The notes below the pieces were generated by a model. It was not told the origin of the DNA, ran no database searches, and saw only the letters and a program-made list of their open reading frames with translations. Positions 40,677 to 50,508 of a stretch of 64,000 bases of DNA are shown here, in pieces (position 1 is the first letter of the stretch; each line of letters opens with the position of its first letter). Source of the DNA: Escherichia phage vB_EcoM-E33; sequence record OL780484.1; one strand, given 5' to 3'. The translations under genes were made by a program, and so were the position numbers.

Positions 40677-41799
40677 TTTTAACCTTCGGCGGTTCTTCAA
40701 TCTTAATAGGCTTACCATTAGTAAACATATAAAGGTTTGTAATTGATGTATTGTTACTCACTTCATGAATAACTTCGTCTACATAAAAATCGTACTGGAA
40801 TTGGTTTTTAGGGTCATAGAAATTAATCTTATCGCCTGGAGTTAGTTCAAAGTTACCATATACCTTACAATGAGCGTATCCATCGTATTGGGCCATAGTA
40901 ACTAATCTATCGGCTTCTTCAAAACCGTTTCGGTAGGTATAATCAGAATATCCACCGGAGCGAGAAACCAATATACTGTTTTGCCCGTCACCAAAAGTAA
41001 TTCGTGTGGCGTTTTTGTCTAAGAAAGAGTGGGCGTATACAGTAGCGTTTTCATATGGTTTTCTGGAATGTTGGTTGGCTTTAGTTAACCATTCAAAATC
41101 AAATGCGATAGGTGTATCCATATCTTGAACGTATTGACCTATTAATCGCGGCTCACCCACTACAAAATTAATAGGCTCTTGGTTAACCATAAATTCGTAG
41201 TCCATGATAGAAATACCATCTATATCTTCCCAGACAAATACAAATTTATCAGATTCAACGGCCATACCTACTTCTCGTACAAATTCCATATAACGGTCCA
41301 TTGAATCACACCAAGGAACATTAGGAACGTAAACGTTTATCCCGTTCAAAGGAGGAGCAAGAAGCGGACGGTCTTGATAAATAACACCAATCATTTCAGT
41401 TAATGTTTCTTGAACACTCGGGAAGAACATACGACTAAATTTAAGATTCTCTAAAAAGTGGATTGGGGCGAGTTGTATTGTTATGATATTGTCGCCCTTC
41501 GAATCCACTCCTACAGCAAAGTGTTTACTTCCATAAATTCTTGATTGGGTACGTTCAGAGTTAGCATTCTTAACAGAAATTTGAATAATCTGCTCACCGT
41601 CCATTTTAGTATGAAGGTTCTTTGCATCATAAAACTGAAGCAACCCTTCATTACTACCGTAAAGCCCATCTCGCATTGTTAGAGTAGTAAATGTCGCGCC
41701 TAGTTCAACAAAACGATGCTCTAACCAGGCGTCATAATCTTCGTAAAGGCGTATACTAATATTAGGAAAGCCTTCACGTTGCATAGTTTTTGAACTCAT
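40630..41799 (-). CDS. 27: Baseplate hub subunit gp27
   Basis: 389 aa; ...[39 protein letters not shown]... matches recalled T4 gp27. Confidence 0.92.
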   Translation of the reverse strand: MSSKTMQREGFPNISIRLYEDYDAWLEHRFVELGATFTTLTMRDGLYGSNEGLLQFYDAKNLHTKMDGEQIIQISVKNANSERTQSRIYGSKHFAVGVDSKGDNIITIQLAPIHFLENLKFSRMFFPSVQETLTEMIGVIYQDRPLLAPPLNGINVYVPNVPWCDSMDRYMEFVREVGMAVESDKFVFVWEDIDGISIMDYEFMVNQEPINFVVGEPRLIGQYVQDMDTPIAFDFEWLTKANQHSRKPYENATVYAHSFLDKNATRITFGDGQNSILVSRSGGYSDYTYRNGFEEADRLVTMAQYDGYAHCKVYGNFELTPGDKINFYDPKNQFQYDFYVDEVIHEVSNNTSITNLYMFTNGKPIKIEEPPKVKNELKTDTPDQENNAG

Positions 41800-42548
41800 T
41801 TCTTAAGGTCCTTTTCAACCAAAGACAAAGCAATACCGCGTTCGATTGGAATCATCTGCATAATGCTTTCTAATGAATAATTGTTCTTTACCAATAAATG
41901 GTTTATTTGGTAAAATAAAAATATCTCATCCGGATTGACTATAAGCTTAAACACCTCTAAAATATCGGTATACGTAATTGTTCTACGATTACAGCACCCA
42001 TATTTGAGTTCGAAATGAATAGGGCTAGTTTGTTTAACTATATCCTCTAAAGTGGATAAGTCTATAGCATCTATTACGGCTAATTGGTCTTCTTCAGAAA
42101 GGTCAGTCCAATTATATTTCCCGTTTTCATCTTCCACGGTTTGGAGGGTGTTCAGAATCAATTCGGATTTGTCTTGATATTCTATTTCTGGAAATTTGAA
42201 TGTTAGCTTCAAGCCGGCCACTTCAATTGTGGGATTATCTAACTTGGTCTGTTTCAAATTGAATAAAACTTGTCTATCCTTTTCACACTTACTACAAGTG
42301 TATCGGATAGGAATTTTGGTCTTGCCGAGTGATGACGTATAAAGTTCAATGAACATATATGGGCGCCATGACATAGGATATTCACCGAAGTATTCTTCCA
42401 GTAACTCATCTAAAATTTGTTTTTGCTCTTCAGGCGATTTATTATTCATGTCATTTCGAATCAAAATAAAATCACGATAATCAGCTACTGTAAAAGGTTT
42501 AAATCGGTGGACTCCATCAGGCATTTCACAACGTACTATATTAGCCAT
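41796..42548 (-). CDS. 51: Baseplate hub assembly protein gp51
   Basis: Start set at ATG 42548 ([12 protein letters not shown]..., RBS AAGAGG), giving 250 aa as in T4 gp51; ORF-track start 42599 runs through the promoter. Confidence 0.75.
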   Translation of the reverse strand: MANIVRCEMPDGVHRFKPFTVADYRDFILIRNDMNNKSPEEQKQILDELLEEYFGEYPMSWRPYMFIELYTSSLGKTKIPIRYTCSKCEKDRQVLFNLKQTKLDNPTIEVAGLKLTFKFPEIEYQDKSELILNTLQTVEDENGKYNWTDLSEEDQLAVIDAIDLSTLEDIVKQTSPIHFELKYGCCNRRTITYTDILEVFKLIVNPDEIFLFYQINHLLVKNNYSLESIMQMIPIERGIALSLVEKDLKK

Positions 42549-42568
42549 AGGGTGTCCTCTTATTGATG

Positions 42569-42576
42569 TATTTATA
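42569..42576 (-). promoter_or_regulatory. Late promoter for gene 51
   Basis: Minus-strand TATAAATA 21 nt upstream of the gene 51 ATG. Confidence 0.65.
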
Positions 42577-42580
42577 AATA
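42573..42580 (+). promoter_or_regulatory. Late promoter for gene 26
   Basis: Plus-strand TATAAATA 19 nt upstream of the gene 26 ATG; shares 4 bp with the gene 51 promoter. Confidence 0.65.
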
Positions 42581-42598
42581 AGCTTAAAGGAGAAGACA

Positions 42599-43222
42599 AT
42601 GAATTATACTTTTGACGTAAAAATTAAAAACAAAACCATAAAATGCAGAGCATTTACCCTCAGAGAGTATAAGGACTTGCTCCAAGCTAAATTAGAAGGC
42701 AGAATAGAGTCCTTTATCAATGAACTCATTTCGAATTGCACAGATGCTCGTGATTTAAACAAGCAAGAATCTGAGCTCCTGGTGATAAACCTGTGGGCCC
42801 ATTCATTAGCTGAAGTGAATATAGAACGTGAGTGGAGTTGTAGTTGTGGCCGCTCACAGGTTGTCCCTATGACACTAACTCGAGCAACATTGGGTAAAGA
42901 GCCGGATGTTATTAAAGACTTTGGCAACTTTAAAATTGTTTTCAGATATCCTAAACTCTTTGAAGATAAAAATAGAGCTATGATGGTCGCAGGGTGTATC
43001 GATTATATTTTAACTTCTGCAGGCGAAAAGCTTCTTCTTTCCGATTTAAGCGATGCGGAACTTGATGACCTTTATTCTGTGATAACAGAAAAAGATATAA
43101 AAGAAGTTTATGATGCACTAGTCGCCCCTAAGCCTATTTTGGCTATACCTATTTCTTGTGAATGTGGTGAACACACCGTCCACGTTATTGAGGGACTTAA
43201 AGAGTTCTTTAAGGTGATGTAA
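42599..43222 (+). CDS. 26: Baseplate hub subunit gp26
   Basis: 207 aa; divergent from 51 as in T4; size match. Confidence 0.8.
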   Translation: MNYTFDVKIKNKTIKCRAFTLREYKDLLQAKLEGRIESFINELISNCTDARDLNKQESELLVINLWAHSLAEVNIEREWSCSCGRSQVVPMTLTRATLGKEPDVIKDFGNFKIVFRYPKLFEDKNRAMMVAGCIDYILTSAGEKLLLSDLSDAELDDLYSVITEKDIKEVYDALVAPKPILAIPISCECGEHTVHVIEGLKEFFKVM

Positions 43223-43611
43223 TGAATATCAATAAAATGTATTCAGATTTAGACCCTGAAATGAGGACGTCTTGGAATAGAGACGTCGCTAAAGCTACAG
43301 GTGCTCGCGCAGTAAAAAATAGTTTGTTAGGCATTATTACTACTCGCAAGGGTTCGCGCCCTTTTATGCCTGAATTCGGTTGTGACATCAGCAACCAATT
43401 GTTTGAGAATATTACTCCATTAATCACAGACACCATTAAGCGTAATATAGTTTCCGCAGTGCGGAACTTCGAACCTAGAATTTCTGCTCTAGCTGTAGGT
43501 GTGACACCTGTGTACGATGATAACTCGATTATCGTGACCGTTCAGTTTAGTATCGTTGATGACCCAGATACATTAGAGCAAATTAGAATCCAGCTCTCGC
43601 AGAGTGGTTAA
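43222..43611 (+). CDS. 25: Baseplate wedge subunit gp25
   Basis: 129 aa; INKMYSDLDPEM...LLGIITTRKGSRPFMPEFGCD... matches recalled T4 gp25. Confidence 0.92.
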   Translation: MNINKMYSDLDPEMRTSWNRDVAKATGARAVKNSLLGIITTRKGSRPFMPEFGCDISNQLFENITPLITDTIKRNIVSAVRNFEPRISALAVGVTPVYDDNSIIVTVQFSIVDDPDTLEQIRIQLSQSG

Positions 43612-43669
43612 TTGCTGTTCAAATGAATAGTGTATAATGGTCCTATGGTTATTACACAGGAAACATGCG

Positions 43670-44104
43670 ATGAGTAAAGAGATTGAGTACAAGTTGGAGT
43701 CGTTTCAAGATGCTTTGGATGAAGATTTAAAGATTGATGGAACTCGTTTACAATATGAAGTACAGAACAACGTTTTGCTGCACAGCAAATGGCTAAGGCT
43801 GTATACGAATTGTAAGAAAGAAATAATGAGATTAGAAATCCAGAAAAAGACCTCACTTAAGAAGCGATTAGATTTCTACACGGGACGTGGAGAGCCTGGT
43901 GATGAGGTTTGTATGGACCAATATGAGAAATCTGAATTAAAGACCGTTATGGCTGCGGATTCTAGTGTAATTAAAATCGACACATCAATTCAGTATTGGG
44001 CTTTATTACAAGACTTTTGTAGTTCAGCACTTGATGCTATTAAGGCGCGTGGTTTTAACCTTAAGACCATGCATGAGATGAGACAATTTGAGGCGGGCAA
44101 ATGA
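43670..44104 (+). CDS. uvsY: Recombination mediator UvsY
   Basis: Start at ATG 43670; KSELKTVMAADSSVIKIDTSIQYWALLQDFCSSALDAIKARGF matches recalled T4 UvsY. Confidence 0.92.
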   Translation: MSKEIEYKLESFQDALDEDLKIDGTRLQYEVQNNVLLHSKWLRLYTNCKKEIMRLEIQKKTSLKKRLDFYTGRGEPGDEVCMDQYEKSELKTVMAADSSVIKIDTSIQYWALLQDFCSSALDAIKARGFNLKTMHEMRQFEAGK

Positions 44105-44205
44105 GTTATCGTAAACCAGTCATCAATAAATGCCCTAAACCATCTAAAGAGCGGATGGACGAACTCCAAAAATTCATTAATGCTGCTTTAGCAAGTAATA
44201 AATAG
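44101..44205 (+). CDS. Possible 34-aa protein (uvsY.-1-like position)
   Basis: ATGA overlap with uvsY stop; MSYRKPVINKCPKPSKERMDELQKFINAALASNK. Confidence 0.4.
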   Translation: MSYRKPVINKCPKPSKERMDELQKFINAALASNK

Positions 44206-44233
44206 GTATGTAAGTTAAACTAAGGAGACAATC

Positions 44234-44401
44234 ATGTCAGATAAGATTTGCGTTGTCTGTAAAACTCCAATCGATGCTGCATTGGTTGTTGAAACAGAAA
44301 AAGGTCCGGTTCATCCGGGCTCATGCTATAATTACGTTCAAAGCCTGCCTGTTACGGAAAACACTGAAGAACAGCTGAACGAAACCCAATTACTACTTTA
44401 G
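44234..44401 (+). CDS. Small Cys-containing protein, possible zinc ribbon (uvsY.-2-like position)
   Basis: 55 aa with strong RBS AAGGAGA; CVVC...HPGSC; followed by a terminator. Confidence 0.5.
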   Translation: MSDKICVVCKTPIDAALVVETEKGPVHPGSCYNYVQSLPVTENTEEQLNETQLLL

Positions 44402-44430
44402 TCTAGTGTGTATAGCCATTTATGGTTATT

Positions 44431-44458
44431 GGCCCTTCCGAAAGGTTGGGCCTTTTTT
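44431..44458 (+). terminator. Intrinsic terminator after the uvsY operon
   Basis: GGCCCTTCCGAAAGGTTGGGCC followed by TTTTTTG. Confidence 0.8.
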
Positions 44459-44460
44459 GT

Positions 44461-44688
44461 TTAGAAATCTTCCTCTTCCTCGTCGTCCATCGACTCCAAT
44501 TCAGCTCTCTTACCAGCCAATGCATCACGCACGCTAATATCGTCCGAATCACGAAGTTCAGCTTCCTTACTACGAGTTTTGTAATACTTCTCTAGTTCCT
44601 TCAGACCGTCCATAGTCTGACAAGAACCAATTTTAGCCATGAAGCTTTCAATAGATGCTTCTTGAATAACTTCTTTAAAGGTTTTCAT
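44461..44688 (-). CDS. uvsW.1: UvsW.1
   Basis: 75 aa acidic C-terminus ORF immediately downstream of uvsW, as in T4. Confidence 0.7.
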   Translation of the reverse strand: MKTFKEVIQEASIESFMAKIGSCQTMDGLKELEKYYKTRSKEAELRDSDDISVRDALAGKRAELESMDDEEEEDF

Positions 44689-46181
44689 AAATCCACCTGT
44701 TTCATTACGTAATTAAATTTCTCATCAGCATAACGTTGAATACGTTCTAAAGCGTGTTTGAGGGCGTAGTTCAAATGAACATATTTCTTTTTAGCCGTAG
44801 CTGATTTAGGCTTAACACCCATGTCGTCGATGATATCCCACACCTGTGCTGTTGATTTAGAGGCATGTTTACGGAGTACACGACCAATTGTCTGGAGTAC
44901 AATGATTTTAGATTTTACTGGATGGGCAAATACAACGTGGTGAAGGTTCTTAACGGAAATACCAGTAGAGAACACACCATAACTTGCCACAACAATAATA
45001 CCCTTACCATTTTCCGCCATTACTTTCAGAGCATTACGCGTTTCGGTATTAACTTCACCTGATACGTAATAAACTTCTTTATGTTGCTCTTTAACCATTT
45101 CAAAAAGAGTTTTACCGTGTTCGATGTTTTTAAACATCAGGAATACGTTCTCTTCTTTCTTAGCGAGTTTAACAGCTAAATTAGCAACCCATTTATTACG
45201 ACGAGTAGCCTTAGTAATGACCTTGATTTCTGATTGGTAATCTTTACCTTTCATTTTAACCGTGAATTCGTCTGGGTATCGAAGGAAAATACTGTTGATT
45301 TTAAGGTCAGTAACCTGTCCTTCTTCCATTAACTGGGAGGTGGATACTGGCTTAAACACATCACCAAACAAACCCATATATTGCATTAAATTAGCTTTAC
45401 CATCTTTTAAAGAACCAGACAAACCGAATTTAAACATACAGTTGGTTAGGCCTTCGATGATAGTAGAAATAGATTTACCTGTAGCCAAATGGCATTCGTC
45501 GTTCATAAACATACCGAACTGAGCAAACCATTCTTTAGGTTGCTTGATAGCGGTTTGATAAGTTGAAACATAAATCATTGCATCGGAATCACGAGCAGTA
45601 CCTGAACGAATACCAAGCATTGCGGCTTTAGGGAACAGACGATAATCGATGAAGTCGTTAATCATCTGGTCGACAAGTGCAGTAGTAGGAACTAAGATGA
45701 GGATTTTACCTTCATAGTTCTCAACGTAATATCGACTCAGGAGCGCCTGGATTAATGATTTACCTGCGGATGTAGGTAAATTCAGAATTGCACGACGTTT
45801 TGTCAGGCCGTTGTATACGGCTTCATTCTGATACCAATGAGGCTCAATCTTGGTAGACCCTGAATAAATTTCTTGAGAAGCTACCCATGAATCAAAATCT
45901 TCACGAGAAATATCTTCCTGTTCAAGAATACGTGGGTCAATCCACAGAGAGTATTCAAATTGTTCAGCGAACTTTTTAATTTGAGGGACCAATCCATAAG
46001 GAAGTTTACGGTTGTAATCCAGAAGGCGAATACGTCCGTCCCATTGGCCATAACGAAATTTAGGGTTGAATTTATATCCATCAGCTTCAAAGCTAAAATA
46101 GTCTCTGAGTTCGTAGAATGTAGATTCATCGCATTCAATACGGACATGACTAAAATTATCAAAATGTACTTGAATTTGCAT
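44685..46181 (-). CDS. uvsW: UvsW DNA helicase (SF2)
   Basis: 498 aa; helicase motifs (LPTSAGKS Walker A, DECH) and T4 synteny. Confidence 0.9.
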   Translation of the reverse strand: MQIQVHFDNFSHVRIECDESTFYELRDYFSFEADGYKFNPKFRYGQWDGRIRLLDYNRKLPYGLVPQIKKFAEQFEYSLWIDPRILEQEDISREDFDSWVASQEIYSGSTKIEPHWYQNEAVYNGLTKRRAILNLPTSAGKSLIQALLSRYYVENYEGKILILVPTTALVDQMINDFIDYRLFPKAAMLGIRSGTARDSDAMIYVSTYQTAIKQPKEWFAQFGMFMNDECHLATGKSISTIIEGLTNCMFKFGLSGSLKDGKANLMQYMGLFGDVFKPVSTSQLMEEGQVTDLKINSIFLRYPDEFTVKMKGKDYQSEIKVITKATRRNKWVANLAVKLAKKEENVFLMFKNIEHGKTLFEMVKEQHKEVYYVSGEVNTETRNALKVMAENGKGIIVVASYGVFSTGISVKNLHHVVFAHPVKSKIIVLQTIGRVLRKHASKSTAQVWDIIDDMGVKPKSATAKKKYVHLNYALKHALERIQRYADEKFNYVMKQVDL

Positions 46182-46195
46182 AAGTAATTCTCAGT

Positions 46196-46203
46196 TATAA
46201 ATA
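46196..46203 (+). promoter_or_regulatory. Late promoter for inh/hoc
   Basis: TATAAATA 34 nt upstream of the inh ATG. Confidence 0.65.
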
Positions 46204-46209
46204 TAGTTA

Positions 46210-46217
46210 TATTTATA
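46210..46217 (-). promoter_or_regulatory. Late promoter for uvsW
   Basis: Minus-strand TATAAATA 29 nt upstream of the uvsW ATG. Confidence 0.65.
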
Positions 46218-46236
46218 CACCAACAAGAGACTAATT

Positions 46237-46908
46237 ATGGATACTCAATATATTGAAGAGCTTCGTGCACTCGAAGATAAAAAAGAAGCTAAAGCTAAGT
46301 TAATCGAATACGGCGAACAGTTTGGTTTAAAACTTAAGAAAACCCGTTCGTTTGATAATTTGATTATCGATATCTCTGAAGGCCTTAAAGCCTTGGCTGA
46401 CGAACCACTTCCGGAAACCGAAGGGTTGTCCATTTCTGATTTGATTGATGCTGCTGATGAACTCACTGGTGATAAAGATTTTATCGAAGGTGTAGAACCA
46501 GCTAAAGAAGAAGCAACCCTGTTGTTCGATGCCCCTGAGGCTGCAGTAGAAGTCGTTGAGGTAGCCGAACTTCCTAAGGTAGAGATTATCGAAGAGGATG
46601 TTCCATTTGACGAAGAGAAATTCAAAGGGGCTATAGCCAAGGTTGTTGAATCTGAAAAACCTGTATTCTCTTTACCTGAAAACTTCAGTCCTAATCTTTT
46701 GCTTATCGGTAAGAACCCAGGTTATTGCACCGTTCCTTGGTGGATTTACCAATGGATTTCTGAGACTCCGGATTGGAAAGAACGTCCAACTGCTTTCCAA
46801 CATCCTTCTGCCCACCAAACATTATTTAGTCTGATTTATTACATTAATCGTAATGGTTCAGTATTAGTACGTGAAACTCGTAACTCATCTTTTGTCACTT
46901 TAAAATAA
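46237..46908 (+). CDS. inh: Inh, inhibitor of prohead protease (by synteny)
   Basis: 223 aa ORF between uvsW and hoc, T4 position and size of inh; late promoter upstream. Confidence 0.7.
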   Translation: MDTQYIEELRALEDKKEAKAKLIEYGEQFGLKLKKTRSFDNLIIDISEGLKALADEPLPETEGLSISDLIDAADELTGDKDFIEGVEPAKEEATLLFDAPEAAVEVVEVAELPKVEIIEEDVPFDEEKFKGAIAKVVESEKPVFSLPENFSPNLLLIGKNPGYCTVPWWIYQWISETPDWKERPTAFQHPSAHQTLFSLIYYINRNGSVLVRETRNSSFVTLK

Positions 46909-46917
46909 GGGTTTATT

Positions 46918-47766
46918 ATGGCTTATACCGTAGATATGGCTCCTTTGGCGGCTACGGCCGTTATTGGAGCAACAACCAATTTCACTGCGACCGGTTCCGG
47001 TGCTGCAGCTGAAGGTACCGAATCATTTGTCTGGACCGTTGATGGCGTTCCTCAATCTTCTGTGACTGCTGCAATGGATTATGTTGCTGTTGGCCCGGCA
47101 GGCAGCAAGACTATTAAAGTTGTTGCAACAACTACACCGGCGGACGGCGAACCAGAAACAGCTGAAGCCGAAACAACTTTAACTATCCAGAATAAAACCA
47201 TTTCCGGTGTTTCTGTGACATTAACCCCAGCTTCGATTAATGTTCCGGAAGGCACTCCAGCTTCTTTTAAAGCGGATGTGGTCGGCGCTCCTGCCGGCGC
47301 TACTTTTGCCTATTCTTGGAAGAAAGACGGTTCTCCTGCAGTTGGCACCACGGATACTCTAGCAATCGACACAAGCACTGAAGGTTCACAGGTTATTGAA
47401 GTTTCTGTTGTGGTTTCGGCGACTGATTATGACCCTGCGACTGTCACAAAAACCGGTAATGTAACAGTCACGGCTGAAGTCGCACCAGTTCCGGATGGTG
47501 AACTACCTTACGTTCATCCGCTGCCGGTACGTAATTCGGCTTATATTTGGTGCGGTTGGTGGGTTATGGACGAAATTCAGAAAATGACTCTTGCTGGTCA
47601 AGACTGGAAAACAGATAACCCAGATAGCCCGTATTATTTGCACCGATACACACTTCAAAAAATGATTACCGACTATCCAGAGGTTGATGTACAAGAATCT
47701 CGTAATGGTCGAATTATTCATCGCACCGCTTTAGAAGCTGGTATTATATACGATTACGTTTACTAA
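46918..47766 (+). CDS. hoc: Hoc-like outer capsid decoration protein (Ig-like repeats)
   Basis: 282 aa; two Thr/Val-rich repeats then a Trp-rich C-terminal domain; T4 synteny; shorter than recalled T4 Hoc (376 aa). Confidence 0.8.
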   Translation: MAYTVDMAPLAATAVIGATTNFTATGSGAAAEGTESFVWTVDGVPQSSVTAAMDYVAVGPAGSKTIKVVATTTPADGEPETAEAETTLTIQNKTISGVSVTLTPASINVPEGTPASFKADVVGAPAGATFAYSWKKDGSPAVGTTDTLAIDTSTEGSQVIEVSVVVSATDYDPATVTKTGNVTVTAEVAPVPDGELPYVHPLPVRNSAYIWCGWWVMDEIQKMTLAGQDWKTDNPDSPYYLHRYTLQKMITDYPEVDVQESRNGRIIHRTALEAGIIYDYVY

Positions 47767-47770
47767 TTAT

Positions 47771-47789
47771 GGGCCGCAAGGCCCATTTT
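47771..47789 (+). terminator. Intrinsic terminator after hoc
   Basis: GGGCCgcaaGGCCC followed by ATTTTG. Confidence 0.75.
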
Positions 47790-47810
47790 GCATTAAAGTA
47801 CAAAATTCCT

Positions 47811-47840
47811 GTTTACAAGTTAAAAATTCTATGTTAAGAT
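47811..47840 (+). promoter_or_regulatory. Early promoter (weaker -10)
   Basis: GTTTAC, 18 bp, TAAGAT. Confidence 0.5.
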
Positions 47841-47869
47841 GGGTTTACCAACTCAACGAGAGAATTGAT

Positions 47870-48079
47870 ATGGATAAGGTTAAAGTACATTTTTTACACG
47901 AATCTGGGTTGAATTTTATAGAAATTGCTAAAAAAATGGGCGGGACCGCTAAGGATATGGCCAAAGCATGGGTTGATGTAGAACAAGCCAAGGCCAAATT
48001 TAAAGCGAAAGAAAAGGTTGTTTATCGTAAAAGATTGAACAACAAGGTTCGGCGCAAAGCGCGTTCTGGTTCAAAGTAA
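47870..48079 (+). CDS. Small basic protein, possible DNA/RNA-binding (24.x-like position)
   Basis: ATG 47870 with RBS GAGAGA behind an early promoter; Lys/Arg-rich C-terminus. Confidence 0.5.
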   Translation: MDKVKVHFLHESGLNFIEIAKKMGGTAKDMAKAWVDVEQAKAKFKAKEKVVYRKRLNNKVRRKARSGSK

Positions 48080-48081
48080 TA

Positions 48082-48107
48082 TGCTTTAAATTTAGGTGTG
48101 ATATAAT
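48082..48107 (+). promoter_or_regulatory. Putative middle promoter for rnlB
   Basis: ATATGCTTTA (good MotA-box match), 15 bp, TATAAT. Confidence 0.45.
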
Positions 48108-48193
48108 GGGTCTAGGTCCTTCCGTTAAACCATTTGGCTTGGTGACAGAAGACTACTAGCTCTTCTATTTAATTATATTTATTATGGTGATTT

Positions 48194-49201
48194 ATGTTCA
48201 AGAAATATAGCAGTCTCGAAAACCACTACAACAGTAAGTTTATCGAAAAACTCCGTACTAACGGTTTGACTGGTGGTGAATGGGTAGCACGTGAGAAGAT
48301 TCATGGAACCAACTTTAGTTTAATCATAGAACGTGACGCAGTCACATGCGCCAAGCGCACTGGCCCTATCCTCCCTGCTGAAGATTTCTATGGTTATGAA
48401 ATTGTACTTAAGAACTATGCTGATTCTATTAAATCTGTTCAACATCTAATCGAATCGATTAATTACCAGTCATATCAGATTTACGGCGAATTCGCTGGGA
48501 CAGGTATCCAGAAGAATGTGGACTACGGCGATAAAGACTTTTATGTGTTCGATATCCGAGTTACTAAAGAAGATGGCTCAGAATCTGTTCTAACCGATAC
48601 ATTGATGGAAGCCTTCTGTATTATCCATAAGTTTAAGGTAGCTCCATGTCTGGCCACTGGTAGCTTTGAAGACCTTATTAAACTTCCTAATGATTTTGAT
48701 TCAGTTGTTCCTGATTATAATTTTGCAGTGGATAACGCAGGCTTAACTATTGCAAACTCAACCGATTTTATTCCTAAGGTAGAAGGTAAGGTATTCACGG
48801 CTGAAGGCTTTGTATTGAAACCTGATGTTCCTACCTGGCTTCCAAACGGAAATCGTGTGGCGATTAAATGTAAGAACTCTAAATTCAGCGAGAAGAAAAA
48901 GTCTGATAAGCCTATTAAAGTTGCAGTGGTATTGTCCCAAGACGATATGGATTTGATGTGGCAATTCACCGATTATGTGACTGTTAACCGCATTAACAAT
49001 GTCATCAGTAAGATTGGCGAAGTATCGCCGAAGGATTTCGGAAAGGTGATGGGCTTGACAGTCCAGGATATCCTTGAAGAAGCCGCCCGTGAAGAATTGG
49101 AATTAACTGATGCGGAAAATCCCGTTGAAGTTAAAAAGCAGCTCGTTGAGTGCGTAAAAGAAACATTAAGACATGTATGGATTGAACTAGTATCCAAATA
49201 A
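48194..49201 (+). CDS. rnlB: RNA ligase 2
   Basis: 335 aa; N-terminus [20 protein letters not shown]...EKIHGTNFS (adenylated Lys motif) near-identical to recalled T4 Rnl2. Confidence 0.93.
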   Translation: MFKKYSSLENHYNSKFIEKLRTNGLTGGEWVAREKIHGTNFSLIIERDAVTCAKRTGPILPAEDFYGYEIVLKNYADSIKSVQHLIESINYQSYQIYGEFAGTGIQKNVDYGDKDFYVFDIRVTKEDGSESVLTDTLMEAFCIIHKFKVAPCLATGSFEDLIKLPNDFDSVVPDYNFAVDNAGLTIANSTDFIPKVEGKVFTAEGFVLKPDVPTWLPNGNRVAIKCKNSKFSEKKKSDKPIKVAVVLSQDDMDLMWQFTDYVTVNRINNVISKIGEVSPKDFGKVMGLTVQDILEEAAREELELTDAENPVEVKKQLVECVKETLRHVWIELVSK

Positions 49202-49209
49202 ACGATAAA

Positions 49210-49236
49210 GGGACCTTACGGTCCCTTTTATTTTTC
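49210..49236. terminator. Bidirectional terminator between rnlB and the gp24 paralog
   Basis: GGGACCttacGGTCCC followed by TTTTATTTTT. Confidence 0.8.
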
Positions 49237-50508
49237 TAAAGGCGGTAATTTTACGCCGAGATAAGAACTCAATTGACTTTGATTAGCCATTTTGTCCATA
49301 TCAGAACCATCAATAATGCGGGCTTCTTTATCGTCCTTAGCGACGGTATAAGGGTTTGCAGTCAATGCATAACGAGCAAGCAATGCTACTGTAGGTTGTA
49401 AGCTTTCCGGGTCAACAATAACCTTAAATTCACCAACTGAAGTATCACCTTCTTCGTCAACCACATTCAAACCTTCCGTATAAGGCGCATAATATAAAGA
49501 TGCGACCGTCTGTCCTTCACCCATCTGGGCATTTACACCAACAATAACATAATCACATGGACTATTCATATCAGCATAAAGTGGTAGGCCATTCTTTAAT
49601 ATACCATAAGCCAATTCGTCCTGGTCTTCCTTTTTCTCAACCCAACCAGAGGCGGCGAGAATAGCAGCACAACGAGAACTAGCTACTGCATAAGTCCCGG
49701 CAAAAGAAGTCTGTCGTTGGACGGCAGAGTTCATCTCACACATATAATAATATAATGTGCGAGCACGGTCCTGGGCATTATCGTAGCGAGGGTTGGTAAG
49801 GTCTAATACACCCTTTTCAGAAACACCCCGGACTTTAAAACGAGAGCTCACGGTAATTAATGACTGTAATACATCCTTATTAATTTCTTCTGCCATTTGA
49901 ATGCCTAGCAGATTTTCAACGAAATTAGGAGCATTAAACCCGTTAGATTCTAGGTCTTGGGCTAATTCGACTGTCAATGAAGTTTTCAGTTTACGTGATT
50001 TAACTTCAGATTGCCATTTGTCGATACGGAATCCGGTTTCAGCAATTTCAGGATGGCCTTGTTCAAATTTAGAAGTAATAGCAGCATCCGACACCATACG
50101 GATATGGCCGGCTGCCACTGCTTCAGAAATAACTTCGCTGAGGTTGGTTTCTGTGGTTCCGGCGAAAGGAGATGCTTCTAGAACTTTAAACACTACGCTT
50201 TCAAACTGGAACATATCACCGACCGCATAAGCTGTAGATGAATCAGTAAATTCTGGAATATTTTCACGTTCCGTCATACCAATCTGGCCCGCAAATGTTG
50301 CTCCACCAAGATAAGTCATTTTGTCGTCAGGATTCAGTACACGTACCCCATACAGAGCAGCAACCGGTTGATTTGTTTTTTGTTCAGCAACTAGGGCTTT
50401 AAAGATTCGTTTATTAGTTGCTTGGGTGTATGAAAGAAGAGCAGGACGGCCAACCGAGCTGGCAGCCGTCAATGTGGATTCTTTAATTAGGTCTACAATC
50501 TTAGACAT
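49228..50508 (-). CDS. Head vertex protein gp24 paralog (divergent second copy)
   Basis: 426 aa; same family as gp24/gp23 (LTVELAQDLESNGF, YYAPYTEGL, VAKDDKEARIIDGSDMDKMA); start overlaps stop of upstream gp24 by 1 nt. Confidence 0.85.
   Translation of the reverse strand: MSKIVDLIKESTLTAASSVGRPALLSYTQATNKRIFKALVAEQKTNQPVAALYGVRVLNPDDKMTYLGGATFAGQIGMTERENIPEFTDSSTAYAVGDMFQFESVVFKVLEASPFAGTTETNLSEVISEAVAAGHIRMVSDAAITSKFEQGHPEIAETGFRIDKWQSEVKSRKLKTSLTVELAQDLESNGFNAPNFVENLLGIQMAEEINKDVLQSLITVSSRFKVRGVSEKGVLDLTNPRYDNAQDRARTLYYYMCEMNSAVQRQTSFAGTYAVASSRCAAILAASGWVEKKEDQDELAYGILKNGLPLYADMNSPCDYVIVGVNAQMGEGQTVASLYYAPYTEGLNVVDEEGDTSVGEFKVIVDPESLQPTVALLARYALTANPYTVAKDDKEARIIDGSDMDKMANQSQLSSYLGVKLPPLEK

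Noticed and set aside
46245-46640. 131-aa minus-strand ORF
   Set aside because: Antisense to inh; Ser/Ala-rich low-complexity product.
47843-47871. Second GTTTAC motif upstream of the 47870 ORF as an additional early promoter
   Set aside because: The implied -10 would overlap the ATG of the downstream gene; the first promoter at 47811 is better placed.
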